From the human T2T-CHM13v2.0 reference genome, Homo sapiens, in the NCBI RefSeq assembly GCF_009914755.1, contig NC_060932.1: 64,000 nucleotides of DNA. One strand, written 5' to 3'. The position numbers and the translations under genes are program-made. The stretch's first letter is position 1. The number at the start of each line of letters is the position of its first letter. This document shows, piece after piece, positions 1 to 14,440 of the stretch. The notes beneath the pieces were generated by a model. The model did no database searches, was not told the origin of the DNA, and was given only the letters and a program-made list of their open reading frames with translations.

Positions 1-412
<412 letters not shown>

Positions 413-439
413 TAATTTTTATGTAGTTATTTCAACATT

Positions 440-850
440 AATTGCAATGAAATTACATTCAAAAGAAGCCACATGTCCAGTGACAGAGAAGTGTCTTAAT
501 AAATTATGACATGGATACCATAATTTTATATATACACACGCACATACATATATATGTATATAATGGAATACTCCTCATCTTTTAGAGAGTAAGACAGAAA
601 GAGAAAACTACACATGAATATTTCTCAGTGCTGAGAAGAGTAAATACTTGTTGAATGAATGAATAGATCACCAAGATATAGTGTGAGAAAAGCAAATCTC
701 TAAACACTATTATATGACTCCACTTATGCTATAAAGCTATTTGCACACTCACATACACACAGTGTGTTGTCACTCAATATGTTATCTTTTTTTTTTTTTT
801 TAAAAAAAAGGAGGTTTATGTTCATGTATTACTTAGGTAATAAAAAAATA
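440..850 (+). mobile_element. Old L1ME-type 3' end fragment
   Basis: Degenerate ATGTCCA..GAGAA..AATAAATTATG..AATGGAATACT and GATCACCAAGATATA motifs typical of L1M 3' ends. Confidence 0.5.
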
Positions 851-974
851 ACATGGAAAGCAATAGATAACCTGGTGTGGGTGGCTTAGGTATTAGGTTG
901 TGAAGTAGAAGGTGGACTAAACTTAGCTGCTTTGGAAGCCCCTTCTTTTTCACTTGTACTTTCCTCTGTTTTTA

Positions 975-1225
975 TAGTGGAAAGAGCAGACCTGCAGTTG
1001 AAAGACTCTTGTTCTGGCTCTGTCAACACTGACCCGAATGACTTTAGCTGAGTCGCCCAACCTGCAGAAGGCTTGTCACTTATTCTTTAGCCAGAGAATA
1101 GAAATAATGTCTATCTTCCAAGGTTAACTCTGAGAACAAGTAAGCTGATGCATGTAATAGCTCCTGATCAACTATAAAGCACTATCCAAATGCAGTAGGG
1201 TATATTATTTATCATTGTGATTATT
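975..1225 (+). mobile_element. MIR SINE
   Basis: Degenerate MIR core and 3' end (TAAAGCACTATCCAAATG..TATTATT). Confidence 0.55.
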
Positions 1226-2064
1226 ACTCCCATAAAATGCTAACACAGTGTCTCACATAGATAAGGCACATAATATAAATTAGGGAAGTGAATGAACATA
1301 TTAGAATATGTGAATTCACTCTTCTGTATTCATTCAGCATTTGCTCCCTCTAAAGAGTTCTTGTAGTCTTTTAGGGGTATCTTCTCAGGAAAAATTAAAG
1401 AGATCTGAATCCTCTATTTCATCTGACATAAGATAGTAATGATTTTAAGACTTGGATTAATTTTATGTACAACTAAGACAGAAAAAGAATGATGCTAAAT
1501 AAACTATGTCACACAATGTTGCCTGATTTTGAAAATGTGAAAGAATATGTGCATTTAAAAATCTGTGAAATACAGTATTTAAATGAAAGGCTTCAGGCAA
1601 ATTAGCTGATCAATTATACATTATGTCTCTCAAATGAAATTGCTAATTTAATAATAAAGCATGATTTTCTCATACCAATGGTGTTTTACAGTGCCTTTTC
1701 CCCTTTGGATATGCTGGTCACAGCATTTTTTTTTTCATGTTTTAAAAATTATAGAGAATAGATAATTACTAGTGAATGCTGACCTTTTCCTTATTATGAG
1801 TAATTGTGCTATTAAAAGCATCATTTGGACCTTAATTTGATATACAAATTATTCAATTACCTAGTCTGCAGTTGTAAGGACTTTTAGCAGTCACCATTAT
1901 TTGGTGAGGGGGAAGGTTAGCATGAAGCAATTTCATCGTGTACTCCATTGCAAAAATTTTAGTTGTACCAAAACAGTATTAAAGTAGTGGGTAAGCCAAT
2001 AACGCCATCGAAATGTTTGATGGCACCAAATTATAACCAATGTCACCACTGAAAACATTAGCAG

Positions 2065-2166
2065 GAGAATAGGCCAAAGAAACTTGACAAAAATCCCTTT
2101 GCAAAGCCAAAATTAGAGAATAGGCCAAAGAAACTTGGTAAAAATCCCTTTGCAAAGCCAAAATTA
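2065..2166. repeat. 51-bp direct tandem duplication (2 copies, 49/51 identical)
   Basis: GAGAATAGGCCAAAGAAACTTG[AC/GT]AAAAATCCCTTTGCAAAGCCAAAATTA at 2065 and 2116. Confidence 0.95.
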
Positions 2167-2287
2167 AAGCATGTTGTTAAAAAAGAAAACTACAGTTAAG
2201 CAAAAATAACTCATCTTTAGGATGTTTGGGTGTAGTGTCCATGAAACTTGCTCTTGGTCTTAGGTATTTATTTACTGTTTTTGTTTT

Positions 2288-2356
2288 GGTGGTGGTGATG
2301 GCAATAGTAATGGCAGTAGTGGTGGTGACCGTGGTGGTGATGGTGATGACAATGGA
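2288..2356. repeat. Degenerate (GGT/GAT)n trinucleotide tract
   Basis: GGTGGTGGTGATGGCAATAGTAATGGCAGTAGTGGTGGTG... Confidence 0.8.
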
Positions 2357-2454
2357 GATCCCGGTACCTGATACAGTCCACAAAGTAGGGTGGTAGATCT
2401 ACCTAAAGAAAATCTACTGCCTAAAGGCAGTGGGATATAGAAAAAACAAAACAA

Positions 2455-2945
2455 AACTGAGTTTGAATCCCAGTTTCATTACTTACTAGCTGTAGTGTCA
2501 TTGGAAAATTACTGCTTCAATTTCCTCATCTGTAAAAAGTACACAATAGGCCGGGCGCGGTGGCTCACGCCTGTAATCCCAGCACTTTGGGAGGCCGAGG
2601 CGGGTGAATCACGAGGTCAGGAGATCGAGACCATCCTGGCTAACACGGTGAAACCCTGTCTCCACTAAAAATACAAAAAATTAGCCGGGCGTGGTGGTGG
2701 GTGCCCGTAGCCCCAGCTATTCAGGAGGCTGAGGCAGGAGTATGGCGTGAACCCGGGAGGCGGAGCTTGCAGTGAGCCGAGATTGTGCCACTGCACTCCA
2801 GCCCGGGTGACAGAGCGAGACTCCGTCTAAAAAAAAAAAAAAAGAGTACAGGTACATAATAATGCCAAGCACCTTTCAGATTGTTGTCAGGTGTGGTAAT
2901 GGGTCTCGAAAGCCTGTCACACAGCTGAGTTTCAATAAGTATAAA
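2455..2945 (+). mobile_element. MIR split by AluY
   Basis: GAGTTTGAATCCCAG..ACTTACTAGCTGT..TTTCCTCATCTGTAAAA before the Alu; ATAATAATG..GATTGTTGT after it. Confidence 0.7.
2549..2843 (+). mobile_element. AluY
   Basis: Diagnostic ATCCTGGCTAACACGGTG and TGGCGTGAACCCGGGAGGCGGAGCTTGCAG; CpG-rich; A-tail. Confidence 0.97.
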
Positions 2946-2947
2946 GA

Positions 2948-3243
<296 letters not shown>

Positions 3244-3489
3244 GAAGAAGAGCAGGAGGGATTCTACTTATTCAGTGGTTTTCCACTGGAATATCCTAAT
3301 AGAAGAAAGTGGCTGGTTACAGTAAAAAAGCCTGGCATACATTGCTGACTCAGAATAGAAGGTAATTTGAAAAATTCCACAAATGCCAATCTTATCCACA
3401 GCTATTGCCTTGCTGTAGATTTTGACAGGAAAAAAAAAAAAGGCTTAAAATTGTCTCAAAATGGTCTGTCCTAGGAGGAGTGCTAGGTA

Positions 3490-3905
3490 TTTCCCAGTAT
3501 TTCCCATTTGCTCACCTGATATATTTTTAGTCCCTCTCTGAGTCCCAGGAGGCTGACCTCTACACATTGCTCTCCTACTTCCAGTGGGGTCAACCAATTG
3601 GAAGCACTGGCAGGAGGTGAGGCAGTGGGGAGAAGGGAGAGGCCAAGGTATGTCGCTCCCTGCCTGCTTCAAAGCAGTTCTGGCAGTGGCTCCTCCCTCC
3701 AGCTTCTGTCCTCTACTAGGCAGCACCTCCTTCTGGCATCAGCTCTGAGCCAGGCTCTGTCACACTGTAACCTCCTCTACAGCTACCTCCTGGGTCTTGC
3801 TCTGTCCCCTGGTGGTTTTCTAAACCTTCCCTATACCTCTAAGTAGTCCCTTTCTTAACATTTATTTTCAAAAATCCTAGTGAGTACGCCATCTGTTTCC
3901 TGCCT
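3490..3905 (+). mobile_element. LTR33-like ERVL solo LTR
   Basis: CCCAGGAGGCTGACCT..CCAATTGGAAGCACTGGCAGGAG and 3' GCCATCTGTTTCCTGCC. Confidence 0.7.
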
Positions 3906-4084
3906 TAGTAATAGAGAATCTAAAGAAAATGTTCTGTGCACTCCTTCTGGACTTAAAAACACGGCACAGTCCCTGATCCTGTAGTCCCACAACCACATCT
4001 TTATAGAGAAAATCCAAGTGCTTTAAGAATCACTGATGTTTTCACCAATCTTCATTTTCTGGATTTGCTGCCACCCTGACTCTG

Positions 4085-4495
4085 TTATTCCCATGCTTTG
4101 GGCTTTCCAGACAAAATCCAAACTGTCCACCAAGGCATATGAGACCTTTTGTGTTCTTTTTCCTCCAGCCTAATCCCTCACCCTCCTCACTTGCACTCCA
4201 CATGCTTGCTAATTGTGACTCTCCGACTCATCATGCACCTTCACGCACAGGTCTCCATACATACCATTTCCTCGGCCTGGGAAGCATTGCTCTCACTGCT
4301 GTCTCTAGATAAGCTGCTTATTCTATGAGGTGCAGCTGGCATGGCACACTCTCTAGAATTTTTCCCATCACCCCACACTAAGTCTCCTCCATCCTCTTAT
4401 AGTACTGCACAGGTCCATCCAACAACAAATCTGGGATGGTTTAAATCTTCACTGACTTGGTTATATCCCCACACAGTATTACTAGCCACTTGATA
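4085..4495 (+). mobile_element. L2 fragment
   Basis: AAAATCCAAACT..AAGGCATATGAGACC and C/T-rich L2 3' region. Confidence 0.5.
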
Positions 4496-4500
4496 GTAGA

Positions 4501-4804
4501 TTTTTTGTTGTTTGTTTTTTGAGATGCAGTCTCATTCTATAGCCCAGGCTGGAATTCAGTGGTGTGATCCTGGGTCACTGCAACCTCTGCCTCCTGGGTT
4601 CAAGTGATTCTCCTGTCTCAGTCTCCTGAGTAGCTGGGATTATAGGCACGCACCACCCCATGCTCAGCTAATTTTTGTATTTTTAGTAAAGACAAGGTTT
4701 CTCCATGTTGGCCAGGCTGGTGTCGAACTCCTGACCTCAAGTGATCCTCCCACCTCGGCCTCCCAAAGTGCTGGGATTATAGGCATGAGCCACTGTACCT
4801 AGTC
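4501..4804 (-). mobile_element. AluS (AluSz-like)
   Basis: Full reverse-complement Alu with CCTGACCTCAAGTGATC. Confidence 0.93.
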
Positions 4805-4925
4805 TAGAGCTATTTTTATTCAAAGCCCAACATAATTATCATTATCATCAATATTGTTGTAAGCATAACCATCCTCATTATCTAATGAACACCTAAATCA
4901 GTGCTTATTATGTGCCAAACAATAA

Positions 4926-5231
<306 letters not shown>

Positions 5232-5306
5232 TAAAACAATGTTTTAAATGTTTTTCCATGTATTAATTCATTTACTATTCCCATCAACCCAATAAGACAG
5301 ATAAAT

Positions 5307-6045
<739 letters not shown>

Positions 6046-7604
6046 CTAATATTACCCCCATTTTACAGATGTTGACCCTGAGGCATAGTATGCTTAAGAA
6101 GATTGACTGGATCATAAGGCTAATAAATTGCAGAGCCAGGATTGAAATCCAAGCAGTCTAGCTCCAGAGTCTGTACTCCGTGGTCTACTGCCTCAAAGGG
6201 ACTTAAATAACATTTGTTGGATTATTTAATAAATGTTAGTGAGGCTTACTACACACAAAATTGGAATCAAAAAATAGGAAAGTATGGCTAGATTTGGTTA
6301 TAGAAGCCTTTTGGGAAAATCTTGTTTTGGGCTTAAGATCCATTAGCGTCACCATGTAATTTTTTCCTTCTTTGCAGGAGAAGCAGATGGGATCAACAGA
6401 TTAACAAATTATTCACTGTTCCCAAGCAAGGCACTGCTAGGATCTCAATGTCCCTTCCCAGAAGACTAACTGTATCTGCAAGAAGATAGGTAGAGGCAAT
6501 GTCAGGTTTGTAAATTGCCTGTGAAAATCCTTCTCTTTCATAGGAATCATTTCTTTAAGTAATAGTATAAAACATCTGCTACATGGTATCCTAAATACCA
6601 TGGGTTTGCAAAGGCTGTGCTTGGGTGTCATTATTAAACCTGTTCCCCAAACATCAAGAGAATTGTGACTTATCACCAGAGTCCACACTTCCTGACCTGA
6701 ATGAAAAGAGGAGTCAAAACATTTCCCCAGACTTGATTGATCACCTACTAGGAGAGACACAATCTTAGCTGCACGTTGCAGGTGTGTCCTCTGCCATCCC
6801 CCTCAAAGTCTGGGTAAACTGAGCCAGTTCTCACATCCTGGACCATGCAAATAAGAGAAGATTCTCATCTTTAGACAGAGGACAGGAGTAATGCGGGCAG
6901 CATCTGGGTTTTGCTAGGCACTCTCCATTTTTTCAGGGAAGGAAGGACAATACATTTATTTTGGATGGCTCCTGTCCTTTGGTGCCTGAAATTTTTCTTT
7001 TACAGAGATAAATAAAGAATCCAAGTAGAGTCTAGTCCAGAAAGATGAGACATCTTTAATTCTGCCAAAGCCCCCAACAGTTCCAAAGCTCCCAGATTCC
7101 AGTTTCAAAATATCGCATGGCTGACATCATCACAAGAATACAAGAGAAATGACAGAAATCACATGGAGGGGCTTACAGTGATAGAGGAGAATAAAGGTGG
7201 CTGTATTGCTACCATCTCAATTCAACAAATTTGAACAGGTGGCTCTAGGAACATGACAATAGTAGGCATGTTCTTAAAATTACTAAAAATACATACTAAA
7301 ATTATTTCATGCCCTCGTTTGCATTCTGGCAGCCTGAATATCAAAGATTTCTGCCAAGTAACCTTAATGCTCAGAAAACGGCATTTGTTTCTTTAGCTCG
7401 AGTAGTTCTCTGCCAGCTCTTGAGCAATGCCCACTGTCTCTTCCCAATTGTCAGCAATGGTACAAACACAGTCCTCTAGAGAGCCTATCATGAACTGTTT
7501 CCAATCCAGACACATCACTTCCTGTACCTGCGTATTTCAGCAGGCCTCTCTATTCACCGGGGTGAATTACAGCACCGAGATGGACCACTGGCTGATTCTG
7601 AGGC

Positions 7605-7921
<317 letters not shown>

Positions 7922-8275
7922 TGATGTTCAATTCAGAATGGCTGTTTCACAAGTCCTCAAACAGCAACTCCTGCTTGTTCCCTGAGACAGCTACACATAA
8001 TTAGCTGAAGATAAAAGATCCTTTGTTTTAACACAACCCAGATATATTTGGCTCAAATTATTTACTTTTTCCATTTTCCTATTTTGAGCTGGTGGCTCTC
8101 CCGTTTTTCTAATCATTTGAATTTATATGTATGGCTCAAATGATACTTTGGTTTGAATATCAGTTGAACATTTGTAAGTCTCAATGGACATTGGGAACAG
8201 GATATGTACAGGGACTTATTCCCACGTGGATTCTACAATACTGGCTGTGGGGACCGAAAATTCTGACAGGGAACT

Positions 8276-8575
8276 GGCCGGGCGCGGTGGCTCACGCCTG
8301 TAATCCCAGCACTTTGGGAGCTGAGGTGGGCGGATCATGAGGTCAGGAGATCGAGACCATCCTGGCTAACACGGTGAAACCCCGTCTCTACTAAAAATAC
8401 AAAAAAAATTAGTCAGGTGTGGCAGAGGGTGCCTGTAGTCCCGGCTACTCGGAGACTGAGGCAGGAGAATGGTGTGAACCCAGGAGGTGGTGCTTGCAGT
8501 GAGCAGAGATCTCGCCACTGCACTCCAGCCTGGGTGACAGAGCGAGACCCTGTCTCAAAAAAAAAAAAAAAAAAA
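8276..8575 (+). mobile_element. AluY
   Basis: ATCCTGGCTAACACGGTG, GAATGGTGTGAACC, GCTTGCAG; A-tail. Confidence 0.95.
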
Positions 8576-9099
8576 GAATTATATATATTCAATAATATTG
8601 CCTGCCTAACTCTGCACCTCTAGTTCTCAATATGCCTTCATTTATATTCTAATCACCATCCAATTACCTAAATATAAATCCTTTTATATCAAATTAATTT
8701 AATAAACTATTTATAAAAAGGCAGTGAGCTCAACAACTACCAGAAATTTAATTCCTTTGAGCCTTAGATAATTAGCAAGATGGCTTGGCCAAAATATTTT
8801 CTTCCATCAGAGTGTTCCCATTAAGGGAAAGCTGCTGTTCACTTTTCAATCAGGACTAGAGGAGAGACCTGAATTATCAGGCTTAACTGCAGAGCCCCTG
8901 ACCACCCAAAGACAAAGAGGAAAATATCAGGAACCAGGGAAGAGCCAACAGGGCTGTGTGGAGAGCCATCTCATTTTCTTAAGCCACAAAGTAATGAACC
9001 TGCTGCATAAACCCAAGGAAAGGGAGGGAGTGTATGTAGATTTTATTTAAAACATTTCTAAAGCACATTAGATATAGTAAATAGTCATCATGACAACTC

Positions 9100-9245
9100 A
9101 TAATTGTTCCCCTTTCAGGGTTGTGGCAAGCGAGGCACAAATAAGTTAACTTAGCAAACATCATACAGCTTGCAAATGGCAGAACTGACCAGGCAGTCTG
9201 GCCCGAGACTCTCTGCTATTCACCACCACTCTGGGCTGCCTCTCT
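9100..9245 (-). mobile_element. MIR fragment
   Basis: GAGGCACA..GTTAACTTAGC..ATACAGCTTGCAAATGGCAGA..CCAGGCAGTCTGGC. Confidence 0.65.
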
Positions 9246-9569
9246 ATGTCAGTTATGGTTGAGTCTCTTCCTAATGACTAGCTGCTTGGGGCAGTTTCTG
9301 TCATCACAGTCTCCACTGCATTGATCTGCTTTTCATGATCTGTGCTGTTTCTCCCCAGCAGTGAGTGGGAGCTCCAGGAACTCATTAGAGAAGAGCTGAC
9401 ACTCCATTATTTGACATTAAGCTACCCAAGCAATGAAAATATGTCATAATTACTCAAGGCCAGTGTCAGAAAATTTCTATTCCATACCTGGGACACCATT
9501 TTCAAGACAAATGGATTTGGTAGGTTGTTTTCCCTCTGTCATTTGATGAACAGTTAGCAGTCAATACAT

Positions 9570-10440
9570 TTGTAATTCTTTTGCACAAAACTCGGCATTG
9601 GCTCCCCATTTCTCTCAAAATAAAAGTCAAGTCCTTACAGCAAACTACAATGTCTTTCCCAATCTGTGTCTCAGTTTCTGTCTCTCTGATCACATCTCCT
9701 ACCACTGTACCTTAATTCACTACCCTGTAACCACACTGGCCTCTCTGCCCTTTCTGTGACTTGCCAGACACACTGTGCCTCAGGACCTCTGCACTGGCTG
9801 TTCCCCCCACACCTGGATCACTGTTATTAGTCCATTTTCACACTGCTGATAAAAGACATATCTGAGACTCAGAAGAAAAATAGGTTGGATGGACTCACAG
9901 TTCCACATGTTTGGGGAGGCCTCACAATCATGGCAGAAGGTGAAAGGCACCTCTTACATGGCAGCGGCAAGAAAGAATGAGAAGTGAAAGCGGAAACCCC
10001 TTATAAAACTATCAGGTCTTGTGAGATTTATTCACTACCACGAGAACAGTATGGGGGAAACCACACCCATGATTCAATTATCTCCCACCGGGTCCCTCCC
10101 ACAACACTTGGGAATTATGGGAGTGCAACTCAAGATGAGATTTGGGTGGGGACACAGAGCCAAACCACATCAATCACTTTCCTCCAAAATTCTCATAGCT
10201 AATTCTTTTTCAAGTATTTACTAAAATGTCAGCTATTCAGCAAAGCCTTCTCTGACCCATTACTGCATCCATGAGCACCAGCAATCCTTCCCTTACTCTT
10301 TCCCTGCCATGATACTCTTTTTTTTTTTTAATATAATTGCTTCTAGAAAGTAAGTTCTGCAAAAGTGGGTATGTTTGTCATTTGTGATCACTGCTACATC
10401 CCTGGACACTATCACAGGCCCTCTTAGTTCACAGTTGCAC
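9570..10440 (+). mobile_element. L2 split by THE1 LTR
   Basis: AATAAAAGTCAAGTCCTTAC..CCACACTGGCCTC..GCCTCAGGACCTCTGCACTGGCTGTTCCC; resumes after 10177. Confidence 0.7.
9822..10172 (-). mobile_element. THE1C (MaLR) solo LTR
   Basis: TGTTATTAGTCCATTTTCACACTGCTGATAAA ... GGACACAGAGCCAAACCACATCA; perfect 5-bp TSD ATCAC (9817, 10173). Confidence 0.93.
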
Positions 10441-11134
10441 ATATTATCTCTTGAAAACAAGGTAAGAGGGAAGGAGGGCAAAGGAGAAAACTATAAACAG
10501 AATACCAGAATCATATTTAGATTCAATAGGCAAGATCTTTGCAGAATCTAAATAACATCAAAAGCTAAGCATATAAAACGAAGAAAAAATTAGGCATGTG
10601 CTTTTGGAAAACTTCAGCATTAGGTAATTTAATGATTTTCTGGGCAAGGAGAAGCAAATGGTTTTCTCTTTCATTCCAGCTTCAGTAGCAGGGATGTTGT
10701 ACTTGATTACTGATGCCTGTGGAAAGCGGCAGCATCATGCCACATGTCCTAAGTGAAAGATAGCAGTGGGTGACCACAGTATGGTGAGCAAATTGGAAGG
10801 TTACAGGAAGAGAAGCAATCCTCCTGAATCGCACAAAGGGCAGCATGCATCTCCCCAACACTCTTTAGCACTCCTTGCTACTCCTTAGTATCCTGTACTA
10901 CCATATCTCACACAACATGTATTAAAAATTACAGATTTACCATCAAATATTGTAGTGTAAGTTGATTATGTAATTTCTGAATTTTAGTGCAAAGTTATAA
11001 AACTCTTAACAGAAATAAGTGCAGTTGCAAATGTCAGGCACTATGTTTGGACCCAGTAATGCAAACAACAGGGTCAAGCAAATTAATCATTAAGTAACCC
11101 AATGTGTTCAATACAATGACAGAGGTATAAACTG

Positions 11135-11955
<821 letters not shown>

Positions 11956-12429
11956 CAGGTTAGCTGGTTGGCTGCTAAACTGGTAGGAAGAAGGAAAAGA
12001 GGGAGGAAGGAAAGGAGAAAGGGAGTGAGGAGTTCAGGGGACAAAGGAAGACTAAGAAAGAACCAGTTAATTTTCTATAAGGAATAAGAAAGTAAGATCC
12101 TAACAGGCTTTGTAGAGGAGGGCCATTTTGATCTATTTTTACCAATGATTTGAAATCAAAGACTTAACCAGCCCTGTGCTAGATGGTCTGGGGACACAGG
12201 AGGGATTTAAAAATGGTTGATCATAATCCCATCCTTCAATGATCTTATAAATGTGTGGGCACAACTGACTTACCTAAATGAAAAAAAAAAATAGCAGGGG
12301 CACAAAAAAGAGTTCCATTAAATATAATAAAACTCCAAAATACAGGGCTTGGACAATAAATCACTTAAGGGAGAGACAGGAAGCTTCCATAGAGGAAGTG
12401 AGACCTGCAGTTCGCCTTGGGAAACACTC

Positions 12430-12605
12430 ACAGAAGCACTTACTCTGAGTCTGGCAAGGTTCCAAGACCTCTACCTATATTAACTCGTTTAATTTCCCCA
12501 ACAGCCCCATGAGGTAGATTACAACAATTATTTCCATTTTACAAATTAGGCAAGATTACACAGCTAATTAATGGAAGAGCAGGGATTCACATCCAGGCAG
12601 TATTA
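12430..12605 (-). mobile_element. MIR
   Basis: AGCACTTACTCTG..TTAACTCGTTTAAT..CAACAGCCCCATGAGGTAG..CCATTTTACA..GGATTCACATCCAGGCAGT. Confidence 0.75.
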
Positions 12606-12782
12606 CTCCTCAAAGTATGATGCCAAATGCCATCTGTTAAATGACCATCCATTATTTTCATTCCAAAAACAAAGGTCATGAGCATCTTTTTAATTCAATA
12701 GGTGCCGAATCCTATAATTTTAAATACATGAAATGAGCACTTAATGCAGCAGGTCAGACCCTTGATATAAGATGACACTTAC

Positions 12783-12910
12783 CTTCCCCAAATGGGCATT
12801 ATTAGTCATTTCAATCTTTGCCCTAGAGTTACAGAGACTTTTTGAAGGGAAAATCATCTTAACTTGTCCCAACTCACTTCACTTCATACACTCCAACTTT
12901 TACTGAATGG
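12783..12910 (-). ncRNA. Candidate 128-nt non-coding exon
   Basis: Acceptor TTTTCCTTCCTTTCCATTTGGCAG and donor AAG|GTAAGT; stops in all three frames; motif evidence only. Confidence 0.3.
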
Positions 12911-12940
12911 CTGCCAAATGGAAAGGAAGGAAAATGGGTA

Positions 12941-13275
12941 CAGTTGACCCTCCAGATCAGTAGTTTCTACACCTGTGGGTTCAACCAACCTTGGACGGGA
13001 AATATTTTTTTTTTTTAAATTGTGTCTGTACTAAGTATGTACAGACTTTTCCCCCTTATTGTTATTCTCTAAACAATGCAGTATAGCAACTATTTATACA
13101 CCACTTACACTATAGTAATTATTGTAAGTAATCTAGAGATTAAAGTATACAAGAGATGTGCATAGGTTATATGCAAATACTATGCAATTTTATATGAGGA
13201 ACTTGGGCATCCACAGATTTTGATATCTGTGGGAGGTCCTAGAATCAATCCCTCACAGGTATGGAAGGATGACTG
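12941..13275 (-). mobile_element. MER2 (TcMar-Tigger MITE), full length
   Basis: TA-CAGTTGACCCTCC ... GGATGACTG-TA termini with TA TSDs; internal AAGTAATCTAGAGAT..TGTGCATAGGTTATATGCAAATACT. Confidence 0.9.
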
Positions 13276-14043
13276 TACGTATTTTATTGCTTGCTTTAAA
13301 GCTGTCCATGGATCAGTAATTCAGGGAACCCGAAGAGGTCACCTCACCCTATAATGAGGACATTCGGATGCTTTTGCAATAAAATTCCTTGAGAAAAGGC
13401 CCAGAAAGGACCTACCTGGAAGCCTCCTCTGTACTGAAGTGTTTTCATTGGCTTTTTGAGTATTATTCCCAGGGAAGCCACGAGGAAGAGAAAGTAAATA
13501 CATTTTATATTCAGTAAAATTGGCAATTAGAGGGCAGTGCTGCAAAGTATTTTTAAAGTATCTGATCTTTGCCATCCATCTCAATCTAAAAAAATTTCAG
13601 GTGCAAATATAATCATGCTAGCTTTATGCAGAATATGATGAGCCTCATGAATAAATTATTAGAAAGACATGGAAGAGGTATAAGGGCATTAAACAAAATT
13701 ATTTAATAAAGTAATAATAGTGTCAGAAAACATATCTGCTATTTGTAACAATCAAGACAATAACTGGGAGTGTTCGAGGTTAAAACACAAACCATCAGCA
13801 GCATCCTAGTAATTCACTACACTTGACATTTTAAGGAGACACTATTTTGCATTAACATGTACTTTTTATGGAGAAACATACCACTTGGATTTGTACACCA
13901 AAAAAGACTGACATTATAAGAACCTTGTCTTAAATCACTTTCTACATTTATTGCCCTGCTTGTGTCATCTAATGTGGTCATTTACAATTTGCTTTAACAA
14001 ATAAGAACTTCTGTCAATCATTCAACTCTTGCAGTACTGAGAC

Positions 14044-14065
14044 CAAGGTTGCCATCTAGTGAATT
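14044..14065 (-). promoter_or_regulatory. Candidate CTCF motif
   Basis: Minus strand TCACTAGATGGCAA matches the CTCF core CCACYAGRKGGCR. Confidence 0.4.
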
Positions 14066-14269
14066 TCATTACGACATTTTATTTAGTAGTAAGTAGTCAA
14101 CTTTGATTTTGTCAATAAGATGAAATTTAAGTATTACAATGCATATATAGATCACTACTATTAACAAATTTCCTAAATGCCTACTAATACTTTTATATAA
14201 TCGAAAAATTCTTACATGCATGAAGAAAGTACACAATTATAATAGACAGTAGTACAGAAATTCACGTTT

Positions 14270-14440
14270 GAGGATGTACTCAGGGTCAGATGCTCTGCCA
14301 GGATCTTTGGCATACTATTTGTGCTTTAATTTTTAGAATAACACCATATTGTCATTCTTACCCCCATTTCGTTGACAAGAAAACCAAGGTTCAGAGAGAT
14401 TAACCTGCAGAAGATCACCCAGATAGATTCAAAGCCAGAT
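14270..14440 (-). mobile_element. MIR
   Basis: CCCCATTT..GAAAACCAAGGTTCAGAGAGATTAA..GATTCAAAGCCAG. Confidence 0.6.

Noticed and set aside
1979-2161. ORF with an internal 17-aa repeat
   Set aside because: A consequence of the 51-bp duplication being a multiple of three; no ATG start or splice support.
2392-2403. 12-bp perfect palindrome GGTAGATCTACC and similar short palindromes
   Set aside because: About 64000/4^6, roughly 16, are expected by chance.
2177-2454. Thr-rich and Pro-rich ORFs
   Set aside because: Produced by the (GGT/GAT)n tract.
6358-6380. Plus-strand acceptor TTTTTCCTTCTTTGCAG (and TTTTTCTTTTACAG near 7000)
   Set aside because: No convincing donor at exon distance; lone acceptors are common in AT-rich DNA.
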